Positions 1 through 8,200 of a DNA stretch of 51,128 bases are shown piece by piece. Position 1 is the first letter of the stretch; each line of letters begins with the position of its first letter. The notes beneath the pieces were generated by a model. The model saw only the letters and a list, made by a program, of their open reading frames with translations. It searched no databases and was not told the DNA's origin. The position numbers and the translations under genes were made by a program. The DNA is from Candidatus Azotimanducaceae bacterium (lineage in GTDB: Bacteria; Patescibacteriota; Minisyncoccia; Phycocordibacterales; UBA918), in contig JBLHGD010000001.1 in the NCBI GenBank assembly GCA_047616585.1, forward strand, positions 1 to 51,128, given 5' to 3'.

Positions 1-2185
1 GCGCCAACAGTGGATTACTCTGCCCGTCTGTTGCTGCAATAGAAAGATTCGCATATGGAGATGTGGTGCCAAGACCTAGGTATCCATCATTAGAGAGCGT
101 CATCACATCACCCGTTGCATTCCCCCACTCGAAGATGTTACCGGTGCCGAGTTGGGTACTGCTTGCGAGGGCAACAGATGATGAGCCGTAGATGTTGAAT
201 AGGTTGTATCCGACGCCTGATGTTGTGGTGAGGGTTCGACGACTATTCTGGTCATAGCGGGTGTCGGTGCCGGCGTCTGAAATATAATTTGTGTCGTTGA
301 GCGAGCTATTTGAGAAAGTGTTGCCGGCAATAGTGGTTCGGTTTACGTCTGAAGATTTAATATAAATTAAAGATACAGAAGTTGTAGCTGTAATTACATT
401 ATTTGTAATGAGCGTATCATTAGGTGCTTCATCAAAATTATTTAACAGCGATATACTGTAGCTAGTTCCGTTGTATCCATTGTTATAGAGGACGTTATCA
501 GATATAACATTACCCTGAGTTTCTTTGTATAATGATATACCGGATGCAAGACTGTTTCCGATATTGTTGTTGCTAATGTTGTTGTTACCCTTGCCAATCG
601 TGGACAAAATATAAATACCTTGCAGATTATTAGAAAATGAGTTGTTAGTTATCACATTGTTTCCAGAATCTGAAATGTACACACCGGTGCTTGAATTTCC
701 CAAAATAATATTCTGGCTGAGCGTATTGTAATCAGCGCCGTTGAGGTATATACCACGTTGAGTGTTACCTTCGGAATAATTGCCAGTGAGTACATTATTG
801 TCAGAAGAGCTCAGGTTATAACCTCTGTTGGTATTATTTTGAGATCTATTACCATGGAGAATATTACCGTTCGATCCGTTGAGATCTGCACCATTGGTCC
901 TCATATCATGCACATACACATTTTCAATCGTAGAAGTGGAGACTGTAGTGAACTCAATACCATTTTGAGAACCGGCTAATGCAGCCCTTCCATCAATCTG
1001 CAGATCCTTGATTGCGATACCAGACACGCCGCTTGCATCAATCACGTCCCACGAAGTAGAGGTGGCAGTAATCTGCAGAACAGTAGAAGACCCCATACCA
1101 ACCAGTTCAATAGAGTTGGAAGTGATGTTGATCTCGTCGTTGATTGAGAAGGTTCCTTCAGTCAACTGCACCCTTCCTCCACTTGCAGGAAGTGACGCAA
1201 TAGCTGCTTCGATGGTGTCTTGGTCGTTGGTGCCTGTTGCAAGGAACTGTGCCCGCGCGGTGTTTGAGGCATTACTCGCTGCCACAATAACCGTTGGGCC
1301 GTAGGAGTTATCATTTCCATCTCCTGCGATATTAAGACTCGAGGTAGAAATCTGCGTCCATGTGTTGCCTGCTCCGCCAATTAGGAGTTCATTCTCCGTG
1401 ATCGTTGAGAGTCCCGTACCTCCATACACTGCACCCACAGCAGTGCCCTGCCACACACCACTACCGATAGTGCCAACGGTAGTGAGGTTCGCAAGGTCAG
1501 TGATAGTTGAGGTGGCAACAGTTAGAAGCCCTCCGACGTTTGAGAGGTGTGTGCCAGTGAGATCTGTAAACAGCTCACCATTGATGACGAAGTTAGTTGT
1601 AGTGGCAGTGGTGAGTGTCAAGCTGGAGATCGTTGAAGATGCACTTGAGATCAAGCCTCCGGTGAATGTCAGTAATCCTGACGCGGTGTCTGCTAGGTTG
1701 CTGCGCAAGAAAGATGTGGTTGCAATACCTGCAAAGGTTTGTGCATTGTTTGCTTCAAATGCTGCAGGAACTGCTCCAAGTACCTTCCGAGGAGACATCT
1801 CTCCGTCCCAAACCGGTGTTGTAGTAGTTGATCCGATCTCAACGCCGAGATACAGGGTTTGATTAAAATCAACTGCTGAGAGTGACGTACTCGATCCGAT
1901 CATCACTGAGAACAGACCGTTGGTGACTTGGACTCTGTTGGTTGTGGTTAGAGACTCAGTGAAGATGGCACTTGTTGTTGCCTGAGCTTCACTTTGAAGA
2001 AGCCAGAACCGCATGTTGTATGTTCCGTCTGCAACCGCTGCACCACTGGTGTCGGTGAGTTTCCCTTGGTAGTTGATCTCTTCGTTGATGGCAGCCGATG
2101 CTGTGTTGATGAAAGTTGCAAAGAACAACACACTGAGTGTGAGAGTGACAGCAAGGAGATTCTGTTGTGATTTGCAGAACAACAT
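1..2185 (-). CDS. Large secreted surface protein with an N-terminal signal peptide followed by right-handed parallel beta-helix (PbH1-like) repeats. The C-terminus lies beyond the left window edge.
   Basis: Absent from the supplied ORF track because there is no in-window stop. Hand translation of the minus strand from ATG 2185-2183 gives MLFCKSQQNLLAVTLTLSVLFFATFINTASAAINEEINYQGKLTDTSGAAVADGTYNMRFWLL... I spot-checked about 600 nt of the frame and found no tta/cta/tca at plus-strand positions equal to 2 mod 3. The middle reads ...GNNVITNNSFSNNLQGIYI...NISNNNIGNS...VISDNVLYNNG..., which is a beta-helix repeat periodicity. Other frames hold only short antisense ORFs. The ATG lies 1 nt after the stop of the upstream gene. 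Confidence 0.8.
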   Translation of the reverse strand, partial: MLFCKSQQNLLAVTLTLSVLFFATFINTASAAINEEINYQGKLTDTSGAAVADGTYNMRFWLLQSEAQATTSAIFTESLTTTNRVQVTNGLFSVMIGSSTSLSAVDFNQTLYLGVEIGSTTTTPVWDGEMSPRKVLGAVPAAFEANNAQTFAGIATTSFLRSNLADTASGLLTFTGGLISSASSTISSLTLTTATTTNFVINGELFTDLTGTHLSNVGGLLTVATSTITDLANLTTVGTIGSGVWQGTAVGAVYGGTGLSTITENELLIGGAGNTWTQISTSSLNIAGDGNDNSYGPTVIVAASNASNTARAQFLATGTNDQDTIEAAIASLPASGGRVQLTEGTFSINDEINITSNSIELVGMGSSTVLQITATSTSWDVIDASGVSGIAIKDLQIDGRAALAGSQNGIEFTTVSTSTIENVYVHDMRTNGADLNGSNGNILHGNRSQNNTNRGYNLSSSDNNVLTGNYSEGNTQRGIYLNGADYNTLSQNIILGNSSTGVYISDSGNNVITNNSFSNNLQGIYILSTIGKGNNNISNNNIGNSLASGISLYKETQGNVISDNVLYNNGYNGTSYSISLLNNFDEAPNDTLITNNVITATTSVSLIYIKSSDVNRTTIAGNTFSNSSLNDTNYISDAGTDTRYDQNSRRTLTTTSGVGYNLFNIYGSSSVALASSTQLGTGNIFEWGNATGDVMTLSNDGYLGLGTTSPYANLSIAATDGQSNPLLA

Positions 2186-2186
2186 A

Positions 2187-2930
2187 TTAGTTTTCTTCTG
2201 CGTTAACCGGTACTAACAAAAAGCGGTAGTCATCCCCTTCTCTGTCTTTGAATACTGGGGTGATCACTCCGGTATCATCTCCCTCAAAGTCTATGCGTAC
2301 CTCGTCTGAGAAAGACTCTCGTACTGCGTCGATTGCTTGCGCGGACATGTCTTCGTTTTCAAAGACGACGATGCCTTGGAATTGTGGGTCACTTGATGGT
2401 GTGTCATTGAGTACGCGCAAATCTGTATTGGGGGTTGGTGCATCATTCTGTGAGAGGATGAATGCGAAGGATGCAGTTTGGAAAATTCTATCTGAAAACG
2501 ATGATCCAATTTCTGAAACACCTGCAAGAATTCCTGAGGTTTCTAAGTCTGACTCAAGTGAAACCCAGAGTAAGTTACCTAACACAAACAAGCACAGAGA
2601 GAGCACTGCTGTCTGCATAAGTGCGCTTACTTGTGACGGCTGCACATGAACCCCAAGTACTTGTTCATTCGCTTCACGCAACATGATGGCACGTTCACTA
2701 ATCCTCTCCTCTCGCAACTTTTCTTTTCTTACACGTTTTTCCGCTTCCCCCACAAGTGAGAAAAGTTTTAGAGAGTCAATCTCAATAAACCACTTTCGGT
2801 TTATTTGCTTTGCAACGATTTTTTCCTCACGAGCTAGTCGCGTCACATAATCAGAAGAGTACCCGATGAGCTTTGCTGCATCGCTCGCAATGAGGTATTT
2901 TTTTTCTTCAAAAGTACTTTGTTCCAACAT
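2187..2930 (-). CDS. Membrane-anchored helix-turn-helix protein. It has an N-terminal excisionase/MerR-like HTH, a charged coiled segment, one TM helix and an extracytoplasmic C-terminal domain of about 115 aa.
   Basis: 247-aa ORF. The N-terminus KKYLIASDAAKLIGYSSDYVTRLAREEKIVAKQINRKWFIEIDSL is HTH-like. The segment KRVRKEKLREERISERAIMLREANEQ is charged. The TM segment is ALMQTAVLSLCLFVLGNLLWVSL. The stop abuts the start of the 1-2185 gene. Confidence 0.75.
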   Translation of the reverse strand: MLEQSTFEEKKYLIASDAAKLIGYSSDYVTRLAREEKIVAKQINRKWFIEIDSLKLFSLVGEAEKRVRKEKLREERISERAIMLREANEQVLGVHVQPSQVSALMQTAVLSLCLFVLGNLLWVSLESDLETSGILAGVSEIGSSFSDRIFQTASFAFILSQNDAPTPNTDLRVLNDTPSSDPQFQGIVVFENEDMSAQAIDAVRESFSDEVRIDFEGDDTGVITPVFKDREGDDYRFLLVPVNAEEN

Positions 2931-3335
2931 ACGATATTACTATATATTTTATAGTTATATCGCATTAAAATCCTCGCAAAATTTACGAATTTGTGGACAA
3001 GTATTTGAAATAAAATTTCACGAATTCTAAATTTAAAATCCAATACTTTACATCATTCACGGAGCCTTCTGAACAACATTAGTGAGCTTACACCTCAGTT
3101 TAAAACTGACACAAAAAAACACCCGTACTCCTCCGATACAAAACACGTGATACGTATAAATTACTCAGTACAAGCTAAAAAAGTAAGTCTGATTCTCATT
3201 TTCATTCAAACAGTCATAATCTACACAGTTACGGCAAAGAACTCTGTCCAAATAGCTCTGTCTAGGTATAGAAATGTAGCGTGCTCATAGCAGTCTGAAG
3301 TGCATTTATATAATTCTCCTGTGAACGAGAGGGCC

Positions 3336-4331
3336 TTATTTAAAAGAGTGTAGTGAATCTAATACTGCAGATATATTGAAACTGTAGATTGTTTTTTGTG
3401 TTGACTCTTCAGCGTTAATAGTAATTGTATGGTCAACAGCTAAGAGACCTGCTGAGAGTAGCAGCGCCAGAACCAGTGACAAACTAATATATACAAAAGT
3501 TGTTTTGCCAGATTTTCTATTTTCCACAGACATATTCTGTATTTGTACTTCTTCTGACCCCTGGACCTCTAACGCCTCTAATCGTTCTACAAAAGAAGCT
3601 CTGGCACTGCTTTGTGACGGCACTGTTTCATCAGCCTCGTGTGCCGTAATTAACGTAGTTTTATGCTGTTGTTTCTTGTGAACCACCACTTCTTCCTCTT
3701 TCTTTCCTGCAACCTCAACAACTTTTAAGTTTTTCTCTACATCTCCCGCAATTTCTTGCTTTATGGGTTTTTTGGGTTCAACATCTTCTTCGTCTGCAGG
3801 CTTTTGCTCTGCCTCATGTATCTGCAACTTCCCATTAAAGCGCAACTTAGGGAGATCAGTAGCCTCCATAGCATATGAATAGTAACCTCGTTTTACAGGT
3901 ATTGTTTTTGCGTCCGCGTGCCGTACCTCAATAGGAGTTTGACTCTCAGAAGGGATCTCTGTCAGAACTGGGATAAGCTCAGATTGATCCTCGGTGTACT
4001 TATTTTGAGGTGGATTGATCTTATTATAAAAATGTTTTGCATTGATATGCACCGAAGACTTATCTTCAGCAGCTTCTGTCATATTGACAGCGATTTTATG
4101 CTCTTTAATTTTTGAAATACCTTGCTTGGTTTTTGCATTAGTGCTTCTGTAACGAGAACCTTTGTGAGAACGAATCGAGTCTTCGCTGACAAACCAACTC
4201 CTTCCAACAAGCTGAGCCTCCACTTTCCCACCACGACAAAGCTGACCTACATAGTCAGAAGTGTAACCGAGATCTCGTGCTATCGAGCTCGCCTTCACGT
4301 ACTTAATCCCATTGAGTTCAAGAACTTCCAT
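3336..4331 (-). CDS. Membrane-anchored HTH protein, a paralogue of 2187-2930. It has an N-terminal HTH, a long Lys/Glu-rich linker and a C-terminal TM helix.
   Basis: The ORF track starts at a GTG (4349). I prefer ATG 4331 (MEVLELNGIKYVKASSIARDLGYTSDYVGQLCRGGKVEAQLVGRSWFVSEDSI) because a TATAAT box sits inside the first six listed codons. The GY(S/T)SDYV..L.R..K..A.....R.WF..(D)S motif is shared with 2187-2930. The TM segment is TTFVYISLSLVLALLLSAGLLAV. Confidence 0.75.
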   Translation of the reverse strand: MEVLELNGIKYVKASSIARDLGYTSDYVGQLCRGGKVEAQLVGRSWFVSEDSIRSHKGSRYRSTNAKTKQGISKIKEHKIAVNMTEAAEDKSSVHINAKHFYNKINPPQNKYTEDQSELIPVLTEIPSESQTPIEVRHADAKTIPVKRGYYSYAMEATDLPKLRFNGKLQIHEAEQKPADEEDVEPKKPIKQEIAGDVEKNLKVVEVAGKKEEEVVVHKKQQHKTTLITAHEADETVPSQSSARASFVERLEALEVQGSEEVQIQNMSVENRKSGKTTFVYISLSLVLALLLSAGLLAVDHTITINAEESTQKTIYSFNISAVLDSLHSFK

Positions 4332-4340
4332 AACAAAACA

Positions 4341-4371
4341 ATTATACACCCATAGGGGGTGCGCCCGTCAA
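4341..4371 (-). promoter_or_regulatory. Sigma70-like promoter for the HTH gene, implying a leaderless or near-leaderless mRNA
   Basis: On the minus strand: TTGACG (4371-4366), a 19-nt spacer, then TATAAT (4346-4341), with ATG 4331 only 9 nt downstream. Confidence 0.45.
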
Positions 4372-4421
4372 TACCACTTACCCTTTACAAAACCAAAGCA
4401 CTCGAAAAAACTATAGAAAAT

Positions 4422-5849
4422 CTAGCTAAGACGCTTCTTAAGAGCTTCAGACAGCACAGTGGGGTTCGCCGAACCTTTAGAAATTTTCATACCTTGCCCC
4501 ACTAGGAATTTGAGAGCAGCTTCCTTGCCATCTTTAAACTCTGAAACAGCCGCTTCGTTACTTGTCAAAATTGCATCAATTAACTGCCCTAGATCCTCTG
4601 CTGAATTGATTTGTAGAAGCCCACGGTCTTTTGCAATCTGCATCGGGTTAGTACCCTCAAAAAGTACCTCTGGTAGTAAGTCCTTTGCTATACGGGAGTT
4701 AATTTCGTCACTTACGAGCATCAGCATGAGTGCTATAAAATGTTCCGGTGCGGAGTCTACAATGGCCCTAGCACAATCATCTTCAGAAAAAAGACTGACA
4801 ATATCAGTTGTAACATAATTAGCAGAAATTTTAGTCAAAGAGGCATCAAACTTATCAAATCTCACAACATCGGCAAAAAATGAATCGAGTCTTGAATCAG
4901 CAATGATTAGCTCAATAAGATCACTCGGTGTACCGAGATCTCCGTACAGAACTCTCTTTTCACTAGGTAAAATAGGCATTATCTCTGCTATACGAGAACT
5001 ACTGAACCCAAGTACTCTCGCTGTATCAATCTTTGGTATGTCCGGATCAGGGAAATATCGATACTCATCAGCATTTTCCTTTACTCTCTGCGAGAACGTC
5101 TTGCCCTTGTTCTCGTCCCACCCTCTTGTTTCTTGAATGACCGATTCTCCTGCCTCAAGCAAATTTTTCTGTCGGTCTATTTCGTACTCGATTGCAGACT
5201 CCATGGCTCTAAAAGAATTAAGATTTTTTACCTCAGTCTTTGTACCAAATGTATCTGTTGTGCTCACAGAAATATTTGCTTCCACGCGCATCTCGCCTTT
5301 TTCCATATTGGCGTCTGATACTCCTAGTGTACGCAGTAGTAACTGTAACTCTCTTGTAAAATCACCTGCTGTTTTTGCATCATGTATAACTGGCTCAGTA
5401 ACCAACTCCATAAGTGGCACACCCGCTCGATTAAAATCTACAATACTACCAGCTCCCTGGTCGTGGAGTGATCGCGCGGTATCTTCTTCAAGATGAATAC
5501 GTGTTACAGAAACTCCATTAAGCTCCCCGCCTTTTACAAACGGAAAGTCATATTGGCTCAGCTGATACGCTTTTGGAATATCAGGGTAGAAATAATTCTT
5601 TCTATCAAATTCAGAGTACGATGCTATTTCACCCTCAATCGCGTTTCCAACTATCAACACTTTTTTTATTGCTTCTTTATTCGGTACGGGAAGTGTCCCC
5701 GGGTGAGCCATGCACACCGGACAAATATTTTGATTAGGTTCGCTTGCGTGTGGATCATTTTTACAACCACAAAACATTTTACTTTGTGTCTTCAGCTCTG
5801 CGTGCACTTCAATACCAATGGTTGGTGTGTAGGAATTCATGACAAACAT
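4422..5849 (-). CDS. gatB: Aspartyl/glutamyl-tRNA(Asn/Gln) amidotransferase subunit B
   Basis: 475-aa ORF with hallmark GatB motifs (YTPTIGIEVHAELKTQSKMFCGC, RIHLEEDTA, YRYFPDPDIP) and a C-terminal GatB/YqeY-like tail. A GAGGT Shine-Dalgarno lies 4-5 nt upstream of ATG 5849. Confidence 0.95.
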   Translation of the reverse strand: MFVMNSYTPTIGIEVHAELKTQSKMFCGCKNDPHASEPNQNICPVCMAHPGTLPVPNKEAIKKVLIVGNAIEGEIASYSEFDRKNYFYPDIPKAYQLSQYDFPFVKGGELNGVSVTRIHLEEDTARSLHDQGAGSIVDFNRAGVPLMELVTEPVIHDAKTAGDFTRELQLLLRTLGVSDANMEKGEMRVEANISVSTTDTFGTKTEVKNLNSFRAMESAIEYEIDRQKNLLEAGESVIQETRGWDENKGKTFSQRVKENADEYRYFPDPDIPKIDTARVLGFSSSRIAEIMPILPSEKRVLYGDLGTPSDLIELIIADSRLDSFFADVVRFDKFDASLTKISANYVTTDIVSLFSEDDCARAIVDSAPEHFIALMLMLVSDEINSRIAKDLLPEVLFEGTNPMQIAKDRGLLQINSAEDLGQLIDAILTSNEAAVSEFKDGKEAALKFLVGQGMKISKGSANPTVLSEALKKRLS

Positions 5850-5934
5850 AGTACCTCGTAGTTTGTATCTCTACAAGAGTAGTTTTTTAGATTGTAGATT
5901 GTAGATACTTTAACGTAGGTGCTAATTTTATTCC

Positions 5935-5965
5935 CCAAAAAATACCCCGTCTCGTAAGAGCGGGG
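5935..5965 (-). terminator. Rho-independent terminator in minus-strand orientation, about 180 nt downstream of obg
   Basis: Minus strand reads CCCCGCTC-TTAC-GAGACGGGG (5965-5945), immediately followed by TATTTTTTGGGG. Confidence 0.6.
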
Positions 5966-6142
5966 ATGCAGGGAGTTCCCATGTCGCAAAGCTACGCTCT
6001 GTGACTTGAGACAGCAGCGCTGTCGTAGATACCCCGGGCGTGAGCCCGTGGGAGTTTCATTGAATCACTACATATTCTATACGTATGGCGTTAGGAAATA
6101 AAAGACCCGCGAATTCTTCTTTGAGTTATGACGTGTTTTACT

Positions 6143-7114
6143 TTATGTATCGTTCCTGAGTTTTTCTACAAGAGAATCTTGTAGTATTTTGATGCTTTCA
6201 GGGTCATTTTGTGACACTACAAACACACGCTTCTCATTGATGTCAATGTCATTGAGAAATGGTTGGATTACTGCAATATCTACAAGGTCTTTTTTAGTGA
6301 AAATGATCCATTCTTCCTTATCAGAAAGTGACTTGTCGTACTTTGATAGCTCATCTCGAATTGTATAATATGTCTTTTTTGGGTCCTCATGCTCTAGAGA
6401 AACAAGGTGCAGAAGCATTTTTGTGCGTGTGACGTGTCGAAGGAATTTGTGCCCCAGCCCCTTTCCTTCTGCTGCACCTTCAATAAGGCCTGGAATGTCT
6501 GCCAGCGTGTACCCAAACAGGTCCCCTAAGTGTGGCTGCAGCGTCGTGAACTGATATGATCCAACCTGTGAGGTTGCGTTTGTAAATAGGTTAAGGAGTG
6601 TTGATTTTCCAGCATTAGGCATGCCAATTAATCCAACATCCACCACAAGTGACAGTTCAATGTGGAAGTCCCCATCTTCACCAGCTTTCCCCTCAGTAGA
6701 TTGTAGTGGCGTGCGATTTGTTGAAGATTTAAAATACTCATTGCCAAGACCCCCACCACCTCCATGTAAAATCTTTTCAGTAGTATGTTCTTCAAAGAGC
6801 TCATACGTCCGATCCCGATTTTTATCATGCACGATGGATCCTATGGGTACGTCAATATACAGATCGTTACTTCCCTTACCATACTGGCTTTGCCCTCCTC
6901 CATCCTCACCATTTTTTGCTATGAATTTTTTGGATCCAGTGTACTTTGAAAGCAGACTTAAATTGCGTACAGCACGAACATACACGTCGCCGCCATTGCC
7001 GCCATTGCCTCCCGCAGGTCCTCCATTGGGTCGGAATTTTTCACGATTCCAGCGTACAACACCATTGCCGCCATTGCCCGCTTTCGCGTATATATCTAAT
7101 TCATCTACAAACAT
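6143..7114 (-). CDS. obg: GTPase Obg/CgtA
   Basis: 323 aa. The N-terminal glycine-rich Obg fold is present (MFVDELDIYAKAGNGGNGVVRWNREKF...GGNGGNGGDVY). The G domain has GMPNAGKST, DIPGLIEGA and TKKD motifs. Confidence 0.95.
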   Translation of the reverse strand: MFVDELDIYAKAGNGGNGVVRWNREKFRPNGGPAGGNGGNGGDVYVRAVRNLSLLSKYTGSKKFIAKNGEDGGGQSQYGKGSNDLYIDVPIGSIVHDKNRDRTYELFEEHTTEKILHGGGGGLGNEYFKSSTNRTPLQSTEGKAGEDGDFHIELSLVVDVGLIGMPNAGKSTLLNLFTNATSQVGSYQFTTLQPHLGDLFGYTLADIPGLIEGAAEGKGLGHKFLRHVTRTKMLLHLVSLEHEDPKKTYYTIRDELSKYDKSLSDKEEWIIFTKKDLVDIAVIQPFLNDIDINEKRVFVVSQNDPESIKILQDSLVEKLRNDT

Positions 7115-7138
7115 TTCAAAGGGATTACTCTACGGTTC

Positions 7139-7774
7139 TTAATCTACACTCTTACTTCGCCGTAGCATGTACCATCCTGCTATAAAAATCAATAGCGATA
7201 CGCTTCCGAGCTCTATTATTAGCGGCATATTGCCTGTTAGCAGTGCATCCCCAAGGTACGCAAAAGCGAACGAAAACCAGGTAACGCCGAGCATGGTTGC
7301 CATTGTGTATTCTATGAACCCAACTGACTTGATGAGCCCAAGCGCATAACTCGCGATATCTACTGGTAACGTAAGTCGCAAAAGTACTATGGTAAAAAAC
7401 CGATGCCGTGCCGGAAATCCAGCTGCGAATGTATCCACTTTCTGCATAGATACAAATCGTTCCAGTATGGGTCGTCCTAAATGTCTTGAGATGAGAAAGG
7501 ATATAACTGCACCCAGGGTCCAGCCCACAATACTCAACAGTGCCGTTGGTAATGGCCCTAGAACTGCTGCACTGACTGGAATCAACGGCATGACCGTAAC
7601 TGGCATGACTACAACAGCGAGTGTGAGTAAGCCGATAAAAATAATATAACTTTCAGGACCTCCTGTGCCTATCAGTTGCTGGAGAGATTCTGTGAGCTGC
7701 GGGAACAGTGCGATACTGCAAATTACCAAGACAAACAAGATCGCAGGTCCATATACTGAAACAAACTGTTTCAT
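7139..7774 (-). CDS. TVP38/TMEM64 (DedA-superfamily) integral membrane protein
   Basis: Multi-TM ORF with the typical segment GPLPTALLSIVGWTLGAVISFLISRHLGRPILERF. The start is set to ATG 7774 (MKQFVSVYGP), 1 nt after the upstream stop. The track start at 7798 would overlap the previous gene by 23 nt. Confidence 0.8.
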   Translation of the reverse strand: MKQFVSVYGPAILFVLVICSIALFPQLTESLQQLIGTGGPESYIIFIGLLTLAVVVMPVTVMPLIPVSAAVLGPLPTALLSIVGWTLGAVISFLISRHLGRPILERFVSMQKVDTFAAGFPARHRFFTIVLLRLTLPVDIASYALGLIKSVGFIEYTMATMLGVTWFSFAFAYLGDALLTGNMPLIIELGSVSLLIFIAGWYMLRRSKSVD

Positions 7775-7775
7775 G

Positions 7776-8111
7776 CTAGGTAATAAACTTATTTCCAATA
7801 CTGCTGATGATACTTACCAATAGAGAGCCCAGGAGTGCTACTAAAAAATCGTCAACAACAAAACCATCAACAAAGGACGCGACAAACAAAAAGAGTGCTG
7901 CATTGATGACAAACATAAACAGACCGAGTGTGACAATTGTAATCGGGAGTGTCAACACAACAAGAATTGGACGAACGACGAGATTTAACAGACCAAGAAT
8001 AACAGCAGCGATAATTGCAGCATAGACACCGTCGATTGTAATCCCGGGAATTATATATGCAGTTAGAAGCAGTGCTAGGGCAGAAACAAGGATACGAGAG
8101 ATGAGTACCAT
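7776..8111 (-). CDS. Small four-TM membrane protein, DUF360 / phage-holin-4-like family
   Basis: 111 aa, almost entirely hydrophobic. The sequence LLTAYIIPGITIDGVYAAIIAAVILGLLNLVVRPILVVLTLPITIVTLGLF resembles the DUF360 (YvlD-like) consensus as I recall it. Confidence 0.7.
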   Translation of the reverse strand: MVLISRILVSALALLLTAYIIPGITIDGVYAAIIAAVILGLLNLVVRPILVVLTLPITIVTLGLFMFVINAALFLFVASFVDGFVVDDFLVALLGSLLVSIISSIGNKFIT

Positions 8112-8200
8112 ATGACAAAATACTACGCTTGATCATTACTACAGTCAATCTCTTTGGATACACCCATATTGTTCACCTCCTTCACAAACTTTATTCTCAT

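Noticed and set aside
758-1862. Plus-strand ORFs 758-979, 1008-1304 and 1362-1862 from the ORF track
   Set aside because: All lie antisense to the uninterrupted, repeat-structured minus-strand ORF 1-2185 and lack recognisable motifs.
5935-6110. Possible identity of the obg-gatB structured region as SRP (4.5S) RNA, RNase P RNA or a c-di-GMP-I riboswitch. The cues were partial look-alikes GUAAGAGC, CGCAAAGC and AGCAGC.
   Set aside because: The SRP helix-8 signature (GGAA-type tetraloop flanked by the conserved AGG/AGCA loops) is absent. The RNase P GAGGAAAGUCC core is absent and the region is too short. The order of elements does not fit GEMM-I. It is kept only as an unclassified structured element.
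6621-7142. 173-aa Pro-rich plus-strand ORF
   Set aside because: It is antisense to the glycine-rich (GGN) N-terminal region of obg, and CCN codons are the mirror image.
7776-8111. The holin-family (DUF360) gene as a sign of a prophage or lysis cassette
   Set aside because: No endolysin, integrase, terminase or other phage genes are nearby. The gene is flanked by secA, a TVP38-family gene and obg, so it is treated as a chromosomal membrane protein.
7867-8163. 98-aa Cys-rich minus-strand ORF overlapping the DUF360 gene in another frame
   Set aside because: It starts at a GTG, has no SD and lies entirely within or overlapping a convincing membrane-protein frame. Its composition is typical of an out-of-frame artefact.
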